Source of the DNA: Trichosphaerium sp. ATCC 40318
Lineage: Eukaryota > Protista > Tubulinea
DNA: 64,000 nucleotides
Assembly (NCBI GenBank): GCA_038496445.1
Contig: JALMLS010000175.1
Coordinates: 248,001-312,000 of the forward strand
Direction: 5' to 3'
In this document: positions 62,264 to 64,000 of the stretch, one piece after another
Layout: each line of letters opens with the position of its first letter
Position numbering within the stretch: the stretch's first letter is position 1
The notes under the pieces: generated by a model
What the model saw: only the letters and a program-made list of their open reading frames with translations
What the model was told of the DNA's origin: nothing
Database searches by the model: none
Translations under genes and position numbers: made by a program

Positions 62264-64000
62264 ATGTTACGCTGCGTTAACAGACTCTCTTGCGTTAATA
62301 CGCGCTCGTACGATAACCGTTCTATTAAAACGTTATCGCGCTCTGCCACAACGTATGAAAATCTGTTAGGAGGGCAATCTGAGGTAAGTAGGCCAATGTT
62401 TAACTATTTCAGTTTAACTTATCTACCCAGTTACCCAGACTGCCTCTACCAAAGCTAGAAGATACACTTGAGCGATATCAGCAGTTTGCTAAACCGATTT
62501 TAAACGATGAAGAGTATACTCAACTTCAAAGTGATATTAAAGACTTCGTCGCCAATGGTACGCTAAATTAAGCATCGGAGAATGCCTAACTTTAATTTAG
62601 GCCAAGATCTCCAAGAAGATTTAGTAACACTCGATAAACAGACCCCACACTCTAGTTGGATACAAGGATTTTGGACTACAATGTATTTAGAGGACAGGTA
62701 AGAAAAAAACGTTCATGAGTCTTCTTTTCGGTTGGGAAATTTGCCTGTCCCAACGCAAGCTTTATTTACAGCGTAAAAGATGCTTCCTTTGCGCGTTAAA
62801 CTATTTTGACATGTTATTTTCTAATTTTGTTTTTAAGATACCAGACGCCTATCTATAGCTCTCCTTTCTTTGTGTTTTCTGAAGACCCTGTTACATCGAG
62901 TCTTGGTAAAGATCAAGATCCTCAATTACACAGAGCAGCTCGTCTGGCTAAGGCTAGTGCGGACTGGGCTGAGAAATTGTTTAGTGACCAAATGCCACGT
63001 GAAGTTGTAAAGGTATGGCACCTAAAGTTTATAAAAGTTATGCATGCTGAAGAGGTATTAGGGTACTCCACTATGTATGTCTCAAGTTCCAAAAGTGCTT
63101 GGGTGTCGTATACCAGGAGCACCACGTGATCAACATATTTCAAACACGTCAACTCATGTGATGGTTTATGTCAGCGGATCACCTTTTTCGGTGCGTTCAA
63201 AAGCGACTTCTAAAAAAGGTAAGGTCGAAACTGAGCGTTTTTTTCTAGCTTCAAATTCTTGATGGCAACTACAAAGCTCGATCTCTTGAAGATATATACA
63301 GTGACCTAGCATGGATTAGAACCGAAGGAATACATAAAGCTTCTAGCTTAAATGCTAGGTATGACCCAGGTGTATTATCCGCCCTTCCTCGTGCGGACTG
63401 GGCAAAATATAGGCAATCGTTGCTGACAACAAATAAGGACGTCTTCGACCAGATAGAGGTAACTAACCCGTGTTTTTTTTCCTTCAAATTTTCCAGTCTT
63501 TGTTTGCTCTTTTTGGTGTCCTTGCTTTTGTTCGGTTTTGTTATTTATGATGTTGTATTTTTAGAGTTCTTTGTTTGGATTATGTCTTGATGATACAATG
63601 CCTGCTAATAAAGAAGAAGAATCACGTTCATATTTTCATGGAAATGGATATAATAGAAACTTTGATCATACTATTCAATTCATTGTTAACCGAGATGGAT
63701 CATCAGGAGTGAATATGGAGCATTCTAGTATAGATGGACATACAGCAATGGGTTTCTCAGAAGCTGCGCATGTAGGCGCTGTAGCCATTGGAGTAAGTGT
63801 TTTGATTTTATTCTTTTTTTTAGTTGTTGCGATACGCTCTGGTCTAACTACGCTCTTAGGGTGTACCCTTGACAGGTAAAATTTCTGGTGAAGGGTCTTC
63901 CACTGCAAATGGATACGATTGGAAGTTAGATGGAGAACAAAAGGCATTTATACATGATGCAAGAGCAGAGTTTTACAAGTTTAGTAGTGGAGCGAATGCC
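62264..64000 (+). CDS. choline/carnitine O-acyltransferase (CPT2-like), partial, with mitochondrial-type presequence
   Basis: LPRLPLPKLEDTLERY, SWIQGFWTTMYL, GYNRNFD, NMEHSSIDG; the gene runs off the window. Confidence 0.9.

Noticed and set aside
1-64000. Alternative genetic code suggested by fragmented ORFs and odd tRNAs
   Set aside because: Stops are explained by introns. Conserved proteins (Rab14, RPL32, HutI) translate properly with the standard code, and TAA, TAG and TGA are all used as terminators.

Overview
AT-rich, gene-dense, intron-rich eukaryotic nuclear DNA using the standard genetic code. It is probably from a free-living protist; Amoebozoa is inferred from the 5S rRNA 5' end and the gene content. 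The ORF track is fragmented by many short introns (donors typically GTACGT; at least three GC-AG introns), so most gene models below were spliced by eye. About 25 protein genes are present: SH3-SH3-PH, a SAP protein, LRR-GBD/FH3-RasGEF, Rab14, CH-coiled coil-SH3-SBF2-like, RPL32, an EF-hand protein, pectin acetylesterase/Notum, ankyrin-JmjC, F-box proteins, imidazolonepropionase, a tyrosine-kinase-like protein, TauE, a Zn2Cys6 factor, PhyH, WD40, carboxylesterase, a trypsin-like protease and a carnitine acyltransferase. The most notable observations are: (1) a protein with about five ~75-aa exon-modular repeats fused to a C-terminal PD-(D/E)xK/RAP-like nuclease; (2) a family of intron-poor F-box proteins with shuffled, hypervariable 22-aa LRR modules; (3) a secreted His-brace LPMO-like protein with CBM6; (4) a 5S rRNA gene inside a spliceosomal intron; (5) an inverted-repeat cassette of tRNAs with atypical acceptor stems; (6) strong over-representation of the palindrome CACGTG, much of it in introns and promoters.
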